The notes beneath the pieces were generated by a model. The model was given only the letters and a program-made list of their open reading frames with translations. It had not been told where the DNA came from and did no database searches. DNA of 62,764 nt, counting the filler, from Dugesia japonica (taxonomy: Eukaryota), in the NCBI GenBank assembly GCA_001938525.1. It is 5 parts of 5 records of this genome, joined end to end, with 100 filler letters (N's around TTAATTAATTAA, not from the genome) between each part and the next. Parts side by side here need not be neighbours in the genome. Positions count along the whole stretch, not along the records: positions 1 to 14,401 come from MQRL01631360.1; positions 14,502 to 23,390 come from MQRL01590253.1; positions 23,491 to 32,781 come from MQRL01592025.1; 2 more parts are not named here. One strand, written 5' to 3'. A program made the position numbers and the translations under genes. Each line of letters starts with the position of its first letter. Positions within the stretch are counted from its first letter, which is position 1. Shown one piece after another: positions 13,673-27,588 of the stretch.

Positions 13673-13860
13673 ATGGCTGCTAATAATAAAAATATGAATG
13701 AATTAGATACAACTGAAGCAGAATTTTATAAACTCCTAAAAAATTATAATTTTATTGAAAACTCTATTTCAAGTTTTTGAAAATAAAATAATGTAAATGA
13801 AAAAACAATAAAAAAATTTTTAAAAGAATTTAATATTACATATAATAGAAAAAAACATTA
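13673..13860 (+). pseudogene. Polinton-associated small HTH-like protein, degraded copy A
   Basis: EFYKLLKNYNFIENSISSF*K*NNVNEKTIKKFLKEFNITYNRK aligns by eye with the 56493 ORF (VYKKIIDYDFVNNSVSEFAKDNNVNEKTIRKYLKFFKIPYNKK). Confidence 0.75.
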
Positions 13861-14137
13861 AATTTTCAGAAAGAGATGTTAATGGTCAACATAAATCTTT
13901 AATAAAACGATTTGAGCGAACACAAAGAAAAAATGAGTTAATACAAACAAAGAGTGAAAAAATAATTTTAAAAAAAATTAGAAAAAATAAAAAATATAAT
14001 ATCAGAATAAAACAGTAGTTTTTTATTATTATTTTTTAATATTTTTGTTAAGGTTCCGATTAGGTTCTGATTAGGTTCTGTATGGTTTTGTTCAGTTAAG
14101 GTTCTGTATGTTTCTGTAAAACATTTTTATTAATAAA

Positions 14138-14236
14138 ATGGTTTGTAATGAGCTAATACAAAGTGATTTTTATAAACTCTTAAAAAGTTATAATTTTATG
14201 GAAAATTCTGTTTTAAGTTTTTGTAAACAAAATAAT
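14138..14236 (+). pseudogene. HTH-like protein, tandem copy B, truncated by an AGTAG terminus
   Basis: MVCNELIQSDFYKLLKSYNFMENSVLSFCKQNN; similarity stops exactly at 14237. Confidence 0.7.
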
Positions 14237-14401
14237 AGTAGATAGATAGTAGCGGTAAAAAACAGCACACATTCAGTACCCCCCTCACCCCTCTCCCCTA
14301 CGTAATCGGATTATTATATAACTGATTTAAAATTTTTCTAATGTAAATAAGCGGCGGCACACATTTGTGTGCGTTACATAATGTAATTAATCTTGTCGCG
14401 A
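14237..14401 (+). mobile_element. Candidate Polinton terminus (start of a TIR)
   Basis: AGTAGATAGATAGTAGCGG followed by a C-rich tract; similar to 38413, 55251 and 62649. Confidence 0.55.
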
Positions 14402-14501
14402 NNNNNNNNNNNNNNNNNNNNNNNNNNNNNNNNNNNNNNNNNNNNTTAATTAATTAANNNNNNNNNNNNNNNNNNNNNNNNNNNNNNNNNNNNNNNNNNN
14501 N
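14402..14501. other. Artificial contig spacer
   Basis: N44-TTAATTAATTAA-N44 (stops in all six frames); the same structure occurs four times. Confidence 0.97.
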
Positions 14502-16825
14502 TTTTCACATAAAAAGAAAATATAAATAACTCGGTATTATTTAATTTCAATAAATATTTTACATTTATAAAAATTCTACTGAGTAATTTATTTAATTTCT
14601 TAATGGCCGAAGGTAATAGATTGTGTTAATAAATTTTTTATAATTCGTTTTAATTACTTAATAGATTCTATATTTTCACGTACATTAGCATGTATAAATT
14701 TTATTGGTTAGTTAAGATTAGTTGTTCTGAGATAAATTTATAAAGAATATCGTAAACAAATAATATGAACATGATATGAATCCAATATTAAATGTGATTA
14801 ACAATAAATTTCTTAGATGAATGGATTCAACGTGGATAAACTGATAAATGAATTTCAATTTTAACAAATGAATTTCAGTGAATTAATCATGCATTCAAAT
14901 AGCTCAAAGCAACAATATATATAAAATATTTTGTTTCGCAAAAAAAATGTACGAGATTTATTTCATTACTTAAATCATTAAACATCTATACTTAGATGTA
15001 TATTTAATTATTAAATATTATTAAGGTTTCTTGATTGGATAAAAGCAAAAATGAAACACTAGAAAATATTTAATGTTTTCATAATGTTTTTATTTTTTAC
15101 GAATTTAAGTTTCTAATATTAAAATGATTTTTTTTNNNNNNNNNNNNNNNNNNNNNNNNNNNNNNNNNNNNNNNNNNNNNNNNNNNNNNNNNNNNNNNNN
15201 NNNNNNNNNNNNNNNNNNNNNNNNNNNNNNNNNNNNNNNNNNNNNNNNNNNNNNNNNNNNNNNNNNNNNNNNNNNNNNNNNNNNNNNNNNNNNNNNNNNN
15301 NNNNNNNNNNNNNNNNNNNNNNNNNNNNNNNNNNNNNNNNNNNNNNNNNNNNNNNATACTTAAACATGACAATGCGCACAACAGCAGAACATAATGATAT
15401 GCACATAGTCAACCATGTTTTTATATAAATTATTTTAATGTAGTTTTAAAGATACGCAATGCATGAATAAATAAATAAATATATTTTTTTAAATACTCGT
15501 TTTTTTTAATTTAAAAATTTAGTGATTAGTTTTATTTTTATCTTTTTTATTTTCATTTGGCCTAATGGGAAAAAAATCACCAGAAAAAAGAAATTTCTTT
15601 GGAAATGAAAATTAAAATTTTAGAGCAATTTTTAAAAAATAAAGTTTCAGCTCAAAAATCAATAATTTATGGTACATAAATGACTGAAAAATTATAATCG
15701 TACTGAAAACATGCTCTATTATTATAAAAAATTACGAGAGGCTAGTAATTTAGATTGAGAAAATCGTTAAATAAATAGTTCTTGTAAGTGGTTCCTCTTT
15801 AATTCGACAAAACCTCCTCAGTTTTATGAGCGGATAAAGGAACTAAAAGTTTATACGTCTACCTACCATGAAAAAATAGTAAAATTATAAATAAATTTTT
15901 TTTTTCTATTTTTATTTTCATTTATTTATTATCATTTTATGAAAATTATTTCTCATTTTAATTATTTAATGGGTTTTTTTACAACAACGTGTAACATATC
16001 TACCGTATAAAAAAGGCTGATTGATTATACATCATTAAAAAATATGCAGTATAACCAGTATTTATAAGGAGAAATACGATTTTTTTAGCAGGTCGAATTT
16101 TTGATATTTTAAATTTCTAAATTATTCAAAAATAATTTTAATTAAATAATTGGTTGGAACAAATTTAAAGAATTGGTAGCCTAATTTTCAATAAAAATTG
16201 TTTAAATTTCTAAACGTGGTCAATAGCTAGATTTATTTAAATGAAAATGCTTTATTTTAGTTTTGAAAAATTATAATTGGTGAAATAATTTGTTTTTTTA
16301 TGATTGGAACTTGAAAATGTTTTTATTGAAAATACAACGGAAATATTGATTACATTTAGATGTTATTTAGTAATAATGAAATACCATTTTAACCGGTATA
16401 TGAATAACTGCNTTTGAAACTTAAAGAATGATGCAATGTTATTTCTAATCGAAATAATTAATCAATACAACACATTGATTATGACAATTTTCGCATTAAT
16501 TATAAATTTTTAACAACTCTTATGAATATGTGTATCTCTTAACAATTCGATTATATTAATGTCCATTATGGTAATGCGCTGTTGTTATGCTTTAGTATAT
16601 AGATGTTATGTACTGTAATATATATATANNNNNNNNNNNNNNNNNNNNNNNNNNNNNNNNNNNNNNNNNNNNNNNNNNATTACCATACATACTAAAAAAA
16701 ATTTTTAGATTTATTAGTAATATTTTTGGTAAATACACATGTATTTGAAAAAGATGTACAAATACATCAAATTTAACAAATCTGTTTCATTGAGAATATT
16801 TAATATGAATACAAAAGTTATTGAT

Positions 16826-17400
16826 TTAATTAAAATGATAATTCCGAAGAGCTATTGAAATATTTCTCATCATTAAACAGTAATATTCAAACCAGTCATC
16901 GTTTGTTATTCTTCTAATTCCTTCTGCAATCAGTGCTGTAATGCACATATTTTCAGATAGTATAAATAATTCAGTCAATCGTGCACGAACATAATCCTTA
17001 ATTGTTGAAAATACGCATTCTACTCGGTTTAACATACAGATGTCAGCGCAAAAAAATTGAAAAAAATATCCAATGAGGAAATAGTATTACTAGCCTCCTT
17101 AACATAATTTATTTTCATGTTATCCATTATTATCCACGATCCCGGAAGTGTTTATTCTCTATCTAAAACATTAATCATCTCATTAATAAACTCAATATAT
17201 TTGGCACCATTACATGTACCATCCGTTATTAATTTCGTATGAATTATACGCTCTCCAGATAATATTTTTACGGAGTTTTTATATTTAATTTCCAATTCAT
17301 TTACTGCTTCTTATATAGTTTCTCCATCATGAAGTACAAATTTCATAAGTACTTTTTAAATCTTCAACTTTTATATATTCCAGTATCTGTCATTCTTTTC
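16826..17400 (-). mobile_element. IS630/Tc1-family transposase remnant
   Basis: GTCNGAKYIEFINEM, GSWIIMDN and MLNRVECVFSTIKDYVR correspond to the second D and the (PYSP)xLNPIE glutamate motif. Confidence 0.65.
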
Positions 17401-19779
17401 GATTATTTAATACGTTGATATCATTAGAATTTTAAATATTTTCAGTACCATTTATTATTTTTCATTCTCATTCATAATAATATCCATAATCAATAAATGT
17501 ATTTTTTTATTTAAAGTTAAAAGTTTTTGGGTAATTTTTTTTAAATGGAGAATTATTTATTGAAAATAAAGAATTATTTTTAATAATATCAGACACGCCA
17601 AAAACAGATTGAATGATTGACACTTATAATTAATCATTTTATGTCCAAGTTTTATAAACAAACATTCGGAAATAATATCACTATTATTAAATGACCAATT
17701 TGTTATTAAGAAAACAAGTAATATTAGTCATAATGCGGTTAAAATTCCAATTGTGTCATCAATTTCAATTTCATCAAGAACAATAAATACCTTGTTTATC
17801 AACATGACTATGTTGAATAAATTTTATTTTTAAAAATTAATTATTATTTTTTATTCAACTTGGATCAATAGCATACTAATAATGAACAACTTAGAGTTTC
17901 AGATTTGAATTTCATTTTCTAAAAAGTAATTATAATATTTAAATGAACGTGAAAATGAAATAAAGTTATTTGCATCATTTAATATTTACTGATAGTTGTA
18001 TGTATTTTGTATGTTGATTAATTAAACAAACCAAATATCCACTATAAACTCTCATTAAAATAAAGTAATAGCTTCAATCAAATTAAATTGTTGTTATTCA
18101 AATTTTCGACTATTGTCTTAATTTTTATTCCTGAAGACATTAGGCGAAAATATGAATATATATAAAACAAATTAATTTGATCGAAGCTTACTTTATTACT
18201 TATTACTTTATTTTAATAAAATCTCAAATGCGATCAATGGTTAAGTTCAACAATCATTCTCGAAATAATTGTAAGTATAATACCATAAACATATCAAAAT
18301 ATTTCCAAACAGGTAATAGTTCGTTTGTATCCTATTCTCAATATGGATAAATAATTGTGTTTATTGAAACACAGTGGAGCAGAATAGGATTCAATAATTT
18401 TAATAGATAATTTAAATTAATTGAGTTATATTAAAAATCAACAGTACAATTATTATAATTAGATAATTGAAAATTTAAATATAAATAATATATTTTAACA
18501 AGTAACAATATTTTATGTAATAAAATGATGGTAGGTGAATACTTACAAAATATTCTAACCTAACATCTTGAAATGTGTGGACTCTTGGAAAGGTAAAATA
18601 CAAAAGTTCATGAATAAAACCAGGTACGAGTAAGGAGATTGCAACTTTGGTTTAAAGTTTTGTCTGGTGAGTTATAACTGCCATGTATCATATAGATATC
18701 AATTTTATTAAAAATATTTTCGTAAATATAAATGAAAGGTCATTATCTAAAGGTGTCATGGACAAAAAATACTTGTCGTGAAACGAATGCTGTTATATTT
18801 AGCAATCAAAGAATTTTTTTTAACTTTCAAATAATGAGTCTTTTTTCGTTGTATAATTCTCGTTATGTATTCAAATATTTCAGCAATATAACTATAGCTA
18901 CGATCTTAAAGCATAGATTATGTGAAAGGAAGCCTGGTGCAGTTTGGTCATTAAAAATTCAATTGCATAATATTTTTCCACAATCAAAATCAATAATTAA
19001 TATTTAGATAGGTGGATGAAGGTGAATCTAATTGTTTAAGAACTTATCATTTATTTTATCAATCTAAGTGTTTTTTGAATATAAAATTGCTTTTCTAAAA
19101 AAACTGTTTTGAAATTGGATGTGTTCAAATTTGATCCAAATTTATATAAAATGTTACATAATAATATATTCAGCTCTTTGTTCTTCTACTGCAGTTACAT
19201 GCATGCCATCACTAAGTTTCAATAGTCAATCATTGAATGTGTATCACTTGAAAAAATATTATTTTTATGTTTAAAACTTTTTAAGTTTTTCAATAATTTA
19301 TGAAATTTTAGGCTTGTGCCTACTATTTGTGTTTTAACTCCATGTTTCACAAATGCTAGAGTTTGTCTGGAGATTTTTAATGATCTTGAATTCTTCACAA
19401 TTTTTTTTATAAAGTTACTCTAGAAGCCAAGTTGCTTCATAACATTTTATGATTTNATACGTTTACATTAACTACAATATATTGTTCTGTAAGTTTTCAG
19501 CCACTTAAAATGGATTACATTTATCACATATTGAAAAATTTGGTAAAAATCCATTTAGATTACGATTAGTTTATTGGTTGATTTTGATTATAGCTATTGA
19601 TCTTGGCCTCTCTTTCTATGGTATATGCATTCGTCAATCAAAGGTTCTAAATTTGGATCGAGAATAATAACCCTATCTATTTTTCTATTATTATTGTATT
19701 CTCCCGCATTGAATGTGGTATCTTGTGTACGATTATTATTTTAAGTTTAAAAATTTAAAATGTATTAAAAATTCACCGC

Positions 19780-20237
19780 TGGCATCTATTGTGCTCAATT
19801 AGAAAGATTTCAGGAAAAATTGTAAATTAGTAAACAGAAAGAAGATTCTATTTCTTCAAGACAAGAATCGACTGTACGTGGCAATAAAACTGTTGGAAAA
19901 TTAACACAATTTAGGTGGGAGATTTTGTGTCATCAACTATATTCACCAGATATATCGCCAACAGATTTTCACTTGTTCTTTAATCATGAGGAAAAAGATG
20001 TTCAGAAATAAAACGGAGCTACAAACAAAAATGTCCGATTTCTTCCTTAGTAAGAATTCATAATTCCGTTTTCTTCCTTAGTAAGAATTCATAATTCTAT
20101 AAAAATGGTGTTACCAAGTTGCAAAACGGTTGAGACAAAATAGGTTTTTATTTTGATGAATAAATATATCTAAAATTAAAAATGTTAACTTTTACTTTTT
20201 TTTTTTATTTGGACACATAACTTTGATAACACATATA
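19780..20237 (+). mobile_element. Mariner transposase 3' remnant
   Basis: ILFLQDK...KLTQFRWEILCHQLYSPDISPTDFHLFF (the YSPDLAPSD motif). Confidence 0.8.
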
Positions 20238-21582
20238 TACAATATATAATATAATGTAAAAAGATGAGATCAATGTTTTGTTTATGTATTTCATTTTTAA
20301 TTTAATTGTCTTTAAACTTTTTGTAAAAATCATGTAAATAAATAAAGTAAAAAAAGAGACATTTTTAATAATATAAATGTTATCTTTTCAAGAAATTATT
20401 CATTACATTAGGGCCAAAATAATCAGCATATATTTATAAATTAAATTTATACATCTGTCAATTAAAACCGATCTTTTAAAAGGTTTTTATTATTTTATTT
20501 ATTTATTTATTTTTATTATGTATGTATCTAAATGCACATTTAGATACATACATACATACATACATAAATAAGTATATAATGAGGTATTGTTCTTTGCAAA
20601 TTAATATATGTTCCCAATAATAATTATTATCGATTATAATCGATCTTAAAAGTTGTTTTACGACATTAAAACAATTTAAAACTCATTTAATATAAAATTA
20701 AAATAGATAACAAAAAAAAATATATTGGTTTTCAGAAAATTAGAAACATGATAGTTACTTTATTAATAATAAAAAGTTATTGTTTGAATATTATTAAACG
20801 AGAATGAACAAAACAAAAAGTAAAATAAAAATATGGTTAATTAATTATTAATATTTTGATAATACTTATGATAAATGGCGTGTTTAAGTTATTCACGTTA
20901 TTCATTTACAATAAATGCATAAAAATTAAAAATGAACCATGTAAAATTGTCCATATTTTTAAAGAAAATAATTGGTATTCATTAAATAATTATTGAAATG
21001 ATGATGGTCATTTTAAAAATTAAATAATATGCTTGCATGATAAATTAGTTTATTTGAAATGATGATGGTCATTTTAAAATTAAAAATTATGTTTACATGA
21101 TGAAATAATTTATTGATAAATACATAGTTAATAATAATTACGATAAAATTTTAAAGCTACAGGTTTTAAAACGTTAAAATTTATTGACTCTTTTTGAAAT
21201 GAAATGTAATGAATTTTAAAATTTAAGGTTTAATAATTAAATTTGATGAATTCAAAAAATCATAAATTAAAAAAAGATTAAATAAAAAATTTAATGTAAA
21301 TTTAATTAATAATTTAATATTTGCATAAAAATTTTAAAAAATGTTATAATTTGAATATATATTTAAAAATGTTTGAAAGATTTAATTAATATTTTGGAAT
21401 AATTATAAAATTTAAAAACTTTGAAAAATAGTAATTTTTTCAAATTTAATGTTTAGTTAGAAAATAATTTTTAAATGAAAAATTTGTCAGAATTGAGAAA
21501 TGTTTAGCTTGTGTTAAATTAAACTAATTAAATTAAACTAAATTAAACCAATTTATGTTATGATATTTTTAGTAGTTTGATA

Positions 21583-22294
21583 CTGGCGCACTGGGTCACC
21601 CCTGCTGATGCAATCACATACAATGGATCTTAAATATATGCAATAAGTTATGTAATTGTTTTGTGGGGATTATAATGTGCGCACATGATTATCACATTAA
21701 TGTGATACATGATTATTGTCATAATTGGATAATAGTTATATAATCACTTTGTGGTTACATAATACTAGGAATTACATCATAATTAAAACATTTTTTATGC
21801 ATTCACTCGAAAAATTTGATTTTTCACAGAAATTCAGCAACAAAACCCATTTTTGTTTAAATTAACCATTTTTTAAAAATCTTCAAGTGTTATTCCACAA
21901 TTCATATTTTTGTTTAGATATTCCATATTTATAAGTACTGATTGCAAATATGTTGTACGATAATTATCTTTTCCAAAGTTTTGAGTATGTGTTTCTCGAT
22001 AATAACTGTGTTTCGATAGAGTTATTGATTTGACATTAAAATGATCGAATGTGAGATTGATGTTTTATAAATTCCATTATATCAATCTCCACTTTAAAAT
22101 GCAGCTAGAATAAAGTTAGGCAATCGTAAAAAATGATGTAACTGTGACTTAATTCCTACTATTATGTTATCGCTGAGTGATGTTGTAATCATGCGCAAAC
22201 ATTTTAATCCCCACAAAACGATTACATAATTTACTGCATATATTTTAGAGGCATTGTATGTGATTCCGTCAGCGGGAGTGACCATGTGCGCCAA
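21583..22294. mobile_element. Foldback/MITE-like element with ~200 bp imperfect terminal inverted repeats, flanked by TA
   Basis: 21583-21790 (CTGGCGCACTGGGTCACCCCTGCTGATGCAATCACATACAATG...) matches the reverse complement of ~22095-22294; TA at 21581-82 and 22295-96. Confidence 0.7.
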
Positions 22295-23359
22295 TATTCA
22301 TCTAATCTTTGTGTTTGTGTTGTTTTATAATAAGTTTTCTCATGGAAACTGTTGGTCTTTTCATTCAATCAGGAGTATATCAAATATTTTTTTACGTTAT
22401 ACACATTTTGTTATGAATTTCCTATCTTTTTGGAATAACAAATACCACTCTTACTTTTTCTTTTTTGAAGTTCTCTTAAGGTTATTTCGCCTTGGTAATC
22501 GTAGCCGGCTAATTCCTTTCAAAATTCTTTAATAAAATTTATGCTTCTTTTAAAATTTTAATCGCAAAGTGAATTATGATAGCGAAATTAGGAAACTTAT
22601 TGTTATAACGTATCATAATTATTCTGTTTTTGAATATATTCATATAAACCAGGATTTTGTACATTACCATAATTTAATAAATTTAATTCTATAATTTACA
22701 TATAAATACTAAGTGGTGATGTATTCTAAAGTTGTTATTATGAATAAATGATTTTTAATAAATTTTTATTTGAAGTAAAATAGTTTAACAAAAATAAAGA
22801 ATATGAAGTATACACGACAATGTTAAACGGCGTAAATATAGTTTTATTTTGTCTATATTGAAATGTTAGTTTGAGATTATTTATAGAAAATTTTATCATT
22901 GATTGTCTATACATACCAATATACAAATAATTACAATAAAAACAATTAGAATAAAAGCAATTATCGAAGTAATTGGATAAAAATTACCATACAAGATTTA
23001 CTTATGATTTCACGTTTTTCTATATTTTACTTTATAAGTCTTTGTTGTTTTGAACATAAAATCTACAATTTTTATTTAATTATAATTTAAAATTATTTCT
23101 AGATCTTCTCTTTGATAGCATTATAGACATATTTTCTATATTCTCTTGTATTGAGTACTAAAACCGTAATTATTTTGTTAGTTTTTTCACAACATTTTTA
23201 AAAAATTTTCTCTAATTTTCCCCTCATATACACACTTCAAATTTACAGGCATATAATGTAACATTGTAACATATGACCCGAAATTTTATATTGCATTCAA
23301 CAAATTTAAATAGTATGATTGTCTAAATTAAACATCTCTTCAACATATATAACTTACTA

Positions 23360-23390
<31 letters not shown>

Positions 23391-23490
23391 NNNNNNNNNN
23401 NNNNNNNNNNNNNNNNNNNNNNNNNNNNNNNNNNTTAATTAATTAANNNNNNNNNNNNNNNNNNNNNNNNNNNNNNNNNNNNNNNNNNNN
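23391..23490. other. Artificial contig spacer
   Basis: N44-TTAATTAATTAA-N44. Confidence 0.97.
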
Positions 23491-25441
23491 GGATAGCCAT
23501 TATTTAAAAATTTATTTTTTTATCAACTTGAGAGAGATCAATTTCATTTCTTCATTTGAAGATGGTCTCTCAGCTCGAATTAAATAAATAATCAAATTTG
23601 TTAGAAAATCAAAATAATTCGCAATAAATGAAAGCAAATTGTTATAATTGAAACTAAATTTAAATTTAATTTAATCAATAAAAAAATTGGATTTTAGAAA
23701 AATATTATAAATACCCCGGATAAAAATCAGATAATTATCTACGTGAAAGTAAACTTCCGATTCTAAATGGATGCACGTGAAGTATAAAAATACCTCCACT
23801 TCAAAAACTAGTATTCAATATAAACCCATCGAATCGCTCTCCTAGCCAGGTTGCAAAATATAAATCATTCAAATTCTCAATTCGGTCAGTAGGAAATTAC
23901 ACAGTATTCAATTCAACCACAATTTTAGTGAAGAAATTTTAAATTGACTCCCAGAAAACTCAACAAAACAATTTCTCATTCATTTAAATAGACAAGAGTC
24001 ACTAAAATAAAATTGTGTGCGATTTATCCATATTCTCTCCTGCCCAATCAGTATTGTGATTTACAGGGAAAACCAGTTCCAAGTTGGCGTGTCAAAAATT
24101 ATCATTTTATCCCGAATAAGTTTGCCATCCTTTCCCCACACTAGTCGAGTGCAGGGACAGAATCAATTAATCTCCAAATATTATTAACGCAACACATAGT
24201 CAAGAAGAAACTTTTCTACAATTGCAAGAAGTTTTCAGTGCAGAAACAAGACATAAAATTCTGTCAGAGTGTTTTTCATTCACTTTTTCATTCAGCAAAA
24301 ATTTTAAATTGACAACGAATTTCTAATTCAACGAGAGAAGAAAATAATCCGCCATATTGGTCACCATTTTGATTTCTAATAAGAATTTGTCTATTTTTAT
24401 TTAATTTTTGTAGCTTGGTTCGATCTCACCCGATTACTAAATTATGATTATCTTTTGAAGAAATAAGAAGAGTTTTTATTACCATTTGCTAGATCTTCCA
24501 TTAATTAAAGAAAGCAGTATCCATGAAAATTAAATCTCAGAATAAATAAATAGAATAGTTACGAGCCACGCCAATTTTCTTGTCAAGTACCACCTACAGA
24601 AAATATGACGAAAGAAAATAATATTCTTCCTAATATTCTAAAACTTCTTTTTTAGATGATTTATTTTACCGCTTTATAAATGTTGAGATACTTTGGGGGA
24701 TTAATTGCCAAAATAAATCAACAATGCGTGTTTAAATTATTGATTTTAATGTCACGATAATCCCAGTATTTTATGGTTATAAAAATTTCCTTATATGACT
24801 TAATATGTTTATTATAAATAAATCAATAGAATATAAATAAACTACATAGTGCTCCTTATTTTAAAGAATAAAGAATTAATTTTTAAAGTTATATCACAAA
24901 TTTCTCTACAGGTGTTATAAATTAACAGTTTGTTTATGCGTGGTTTTTGCAAGATAAGATTTTTAGTGAAATTGTGAAAAGATTCAAATTTATTTTCAGC
25001 TTTTAAAAAGGGTGAAAGTAATGAATTTTGACTCGGTATTTATACCAAATCGCTATTCATTATTCTCTCACGATGTTTGCATTAACTTTTCAAAACAAAT
25101 AAGCACCTTTTAAAAAATAAATTTGTTGGGTTTTTAGAATTTTGATGTTATGGTTTGCTATTACATTTTTACACTTTCAGTGTTCATTCAGTAAACAGAT
25201 AGGTCGTCTAGGAGCATACCTAAAAACCACAAGCGTTTGTGTCACCTCTGTGACATGCCCCTCTTTTCCTCAGGTTCAGCGCGACTTTGCGGAATCGCGT
25301 CTTACCATCGCTTTCTTGAATTCCAACTAACCTCTAGCTCATTTGCTCAGTATTTATTTATGATAATGGCAGCATAAAAATGGGTCATACATAACCAATA
25401 ATTACCAAATACCAAGCAACATGACAACGATAACGATTTAT

Positions 25442-25711
25442 TCATTCTACACCTACATCTAGGTCTACGGTATTATCCTTCACTTTTGACTCCTCGGATG
25501 GATCCCGATACAACAGCCACAGTGACCTCAAATTATTGAACAGTGACGCCTCGCGGTCGGCATATATTTTTATTACTTCGGCCATTAAGCAGTTGGCCTG
25601 CTGTAACGCTAGCTCCTTTTCTTTCAGCTGTTGATATTTGTCATTGTGCTTAGTGATTTGGCTCTTCAGCTGTAACAACTCATTTTTTGTGTCCGACGCT
25701 CCTCCTTCCAT
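25442..25711 (-). CDS. Coiled-coil ORF/exon in the second element
   Basis: NELLQLKSQITKHNDKYQQLKEKELALQQANCLMAEVIKIYADREASLFNNL; similar to the 9430 exon. Confidence 0.55.
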   Translation of the reverse strand: MEGGASDTKNELLQLKSQITKHNDKYQQLKEKELALQQANCLMAEVIKIYADREASLFNNLRSLWLLYRDPSEESKVKDNTVDLDVGVE

Positions 25712-26403
25712 TTTTTCTGCATCGATAGCACGTCCTTCATACTGACCTTACTTTCCGTTGTTTTATCCACTAAATTATAATGAGAATTAAGAAAATATTG
25801 GACACCACAATCGATTTAATTAATTAAATAACACCAATATTATAACTAAACTTATAATCGACTGAAATTTAAGAACACTGGTTTGTTAGAATCACTTAAA
25901 TACATGACTTATTATTGTTGCCCAGTTATCTCCATCTAATTCACCCATAATTATATAATTGCTTAAGAACGACATTTATCTGTAAAAATTTGTAAGTTTT
26001 GATCTCGGTAACAAAATTAAACACTCAAATATTATAACACAAATAAATAATATAAAAAAAAATAATTTCCTTTAACGAGGAACACCGATGACAACACCTC
26101 TGCCTCTGCAGTATTGTTTTACTTTACTTGTGACCTACATATCACACTCTCTAACTCGTATTAACAACAAAACAATTAACGCGAACTTTGCCATAAAATC
26201 AAAATTACACTGAGAAACTTTTATTAATATTAAATTTATTGTTCATTCGTATCCCTCTAATCCATCTGATTCTGGATTACTTCCCGCTCCTCGATCGCAT
26301 CGTCTGCCTCTGCAGCACTACTGAGTGAAAAAACACGAACGATTTTAGGCGAAGTGCTAGATAACTCCTCCTGGAGTTGTTTGATCTGGTTCTGTAGCGA
26401 CTC

Positions 26404-26637
26404 TCAAGCCCGTTCCAATTGACACTCTAACGCATTTATCAGATTATTTTTTACCACCAATTGTAGCCGGATCGTCTCGTTATCCGCCTCGAGGCTCTTG
26501 ATCTCATGAGAATGCCTCTCTGCTTCCGCTCTTATCATGTTCCTCACTTCGTTCCACTCAATATAATATCGGCCTACCTCGTCAATGTAGGGCCAGATAT
26601 AACNAGGCCTTTGGAGATTGCGTCTACCTTTAACCAT
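26404..26637 (-). CDS. Coiled-coil ORF/exon in the second element
   Basis: GC-richer frame with a heptad-like stretch (HEIKSLEADNETIRLQL...ALECQLERA) that continues helical past one stop. Confidence 0.45.
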   Translation of the reverse strand: MVKGRRNLQRPXYIWPYIDEVGRYYIEWNEVRNMIRAEAERHSHEIKSLEADNETIRLQLVVKNNLINALECQLERA

Positions 26638-27495
26638 CTAATAAACCAGAAACAATTAAATAAAGTAGTGAAATAATACGAGCACTAAGTTGACAAAATC
26701 ATTGCGGGTTAAATGTAGAATAATTTTCTTCGTAATATTTTACATGAATTCATTGTATTACCTAAATGGAATAATATAATGAATACAATTATAGGTGAAT
26801 TATTATATTATTGTTATCGTAACTGGCATAGTCAAACCTTTAGGTGGGATATTTTAATGATAATGTAATAATGTATAATTAGAAAAATTATGTTTAATTA
26901 TCAAATGAATTANTGAATAATTAGTAAATCAATGAAAGTTACTTTGTTCTGATACTTTTATTAACATTAAGTAGCTTATTAAGAACAATAAAAATAACAA
27001 AAATAAATACTTAGCTACCAAANNNNNNNNNNNNNNNNNNNNNNNNNNNNNNNNNNNNNNNNNNNNNNNNNNNNNNNNNNNNNNNNNNNNNNNNNNNNNN
27101 NNNNNNNNNNNNNNNNNNNNNNNTGCCAACTCATAATTTACGGATAATTCTACCAGATTCATTTTCTGGATTTTCTCTACGATAACTCTCATTTCTTTCC
27201 ATTCAGACTATTCGTGGCTAAGTAGAACCTTATAACATTTAGACATTCATTACTGGTCGGAATACCTCAGGAGCTCGATCCATCCCGGAAAATTTAAGTT
27301 TGGGCAATGGCACTCGTTTGCATAAATTCCAAAAAATAAAGTAAAACTATATATGAAGAATAAAAATTACTTTCAGTTTATCCAGAGTCCAAGATCCAAT
27401 ATTGAGAAATAATATTTTTTCACCAGTAGTAATTGATTTAATAATTTTTAACTTTACATCGTTGATTTATTAGTTATAGAATTTAATCAAACAAA

Positions 27496-27588
27496 CAAAA
27501 TTTTTTAATACTCTGCTTTTGAAAGTTAACCAAAAATTTTTTTAATACTCTGCTATAAAATTTAACAAAACTTTTTTTAATACTCTGA
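27496..27588. repeat. Three ~35 bp tandem repeats near the 5' end of the second element
   Basis: CAAAA(T)nAATACTCTG occurs three times. Confidence 0.75.

Noticed and set aside
14446-14457. TTAATTAATTAA palindrome recurring four times inside N runs
   Set aside because: Identical 100-bp construction each time; it is an artificial six-frame-stop spacer, not biology.
15097-15412. ORFs made mostly of X (also at 26929, 28097 and 29106-29549)
   Set aside because: Open only because N runs contain no stops.
17900-19740. Exon-like minus-strand blocks with faint ion-channel (TRP-like) resemblance
   Set aside because: Too many stops and too little motif conservation to assign by eye.
20517-20554. Perfect 18-bp hairpin
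   Set aside because: Built largely from TATG/CATA microsatellite; no evidence of function.
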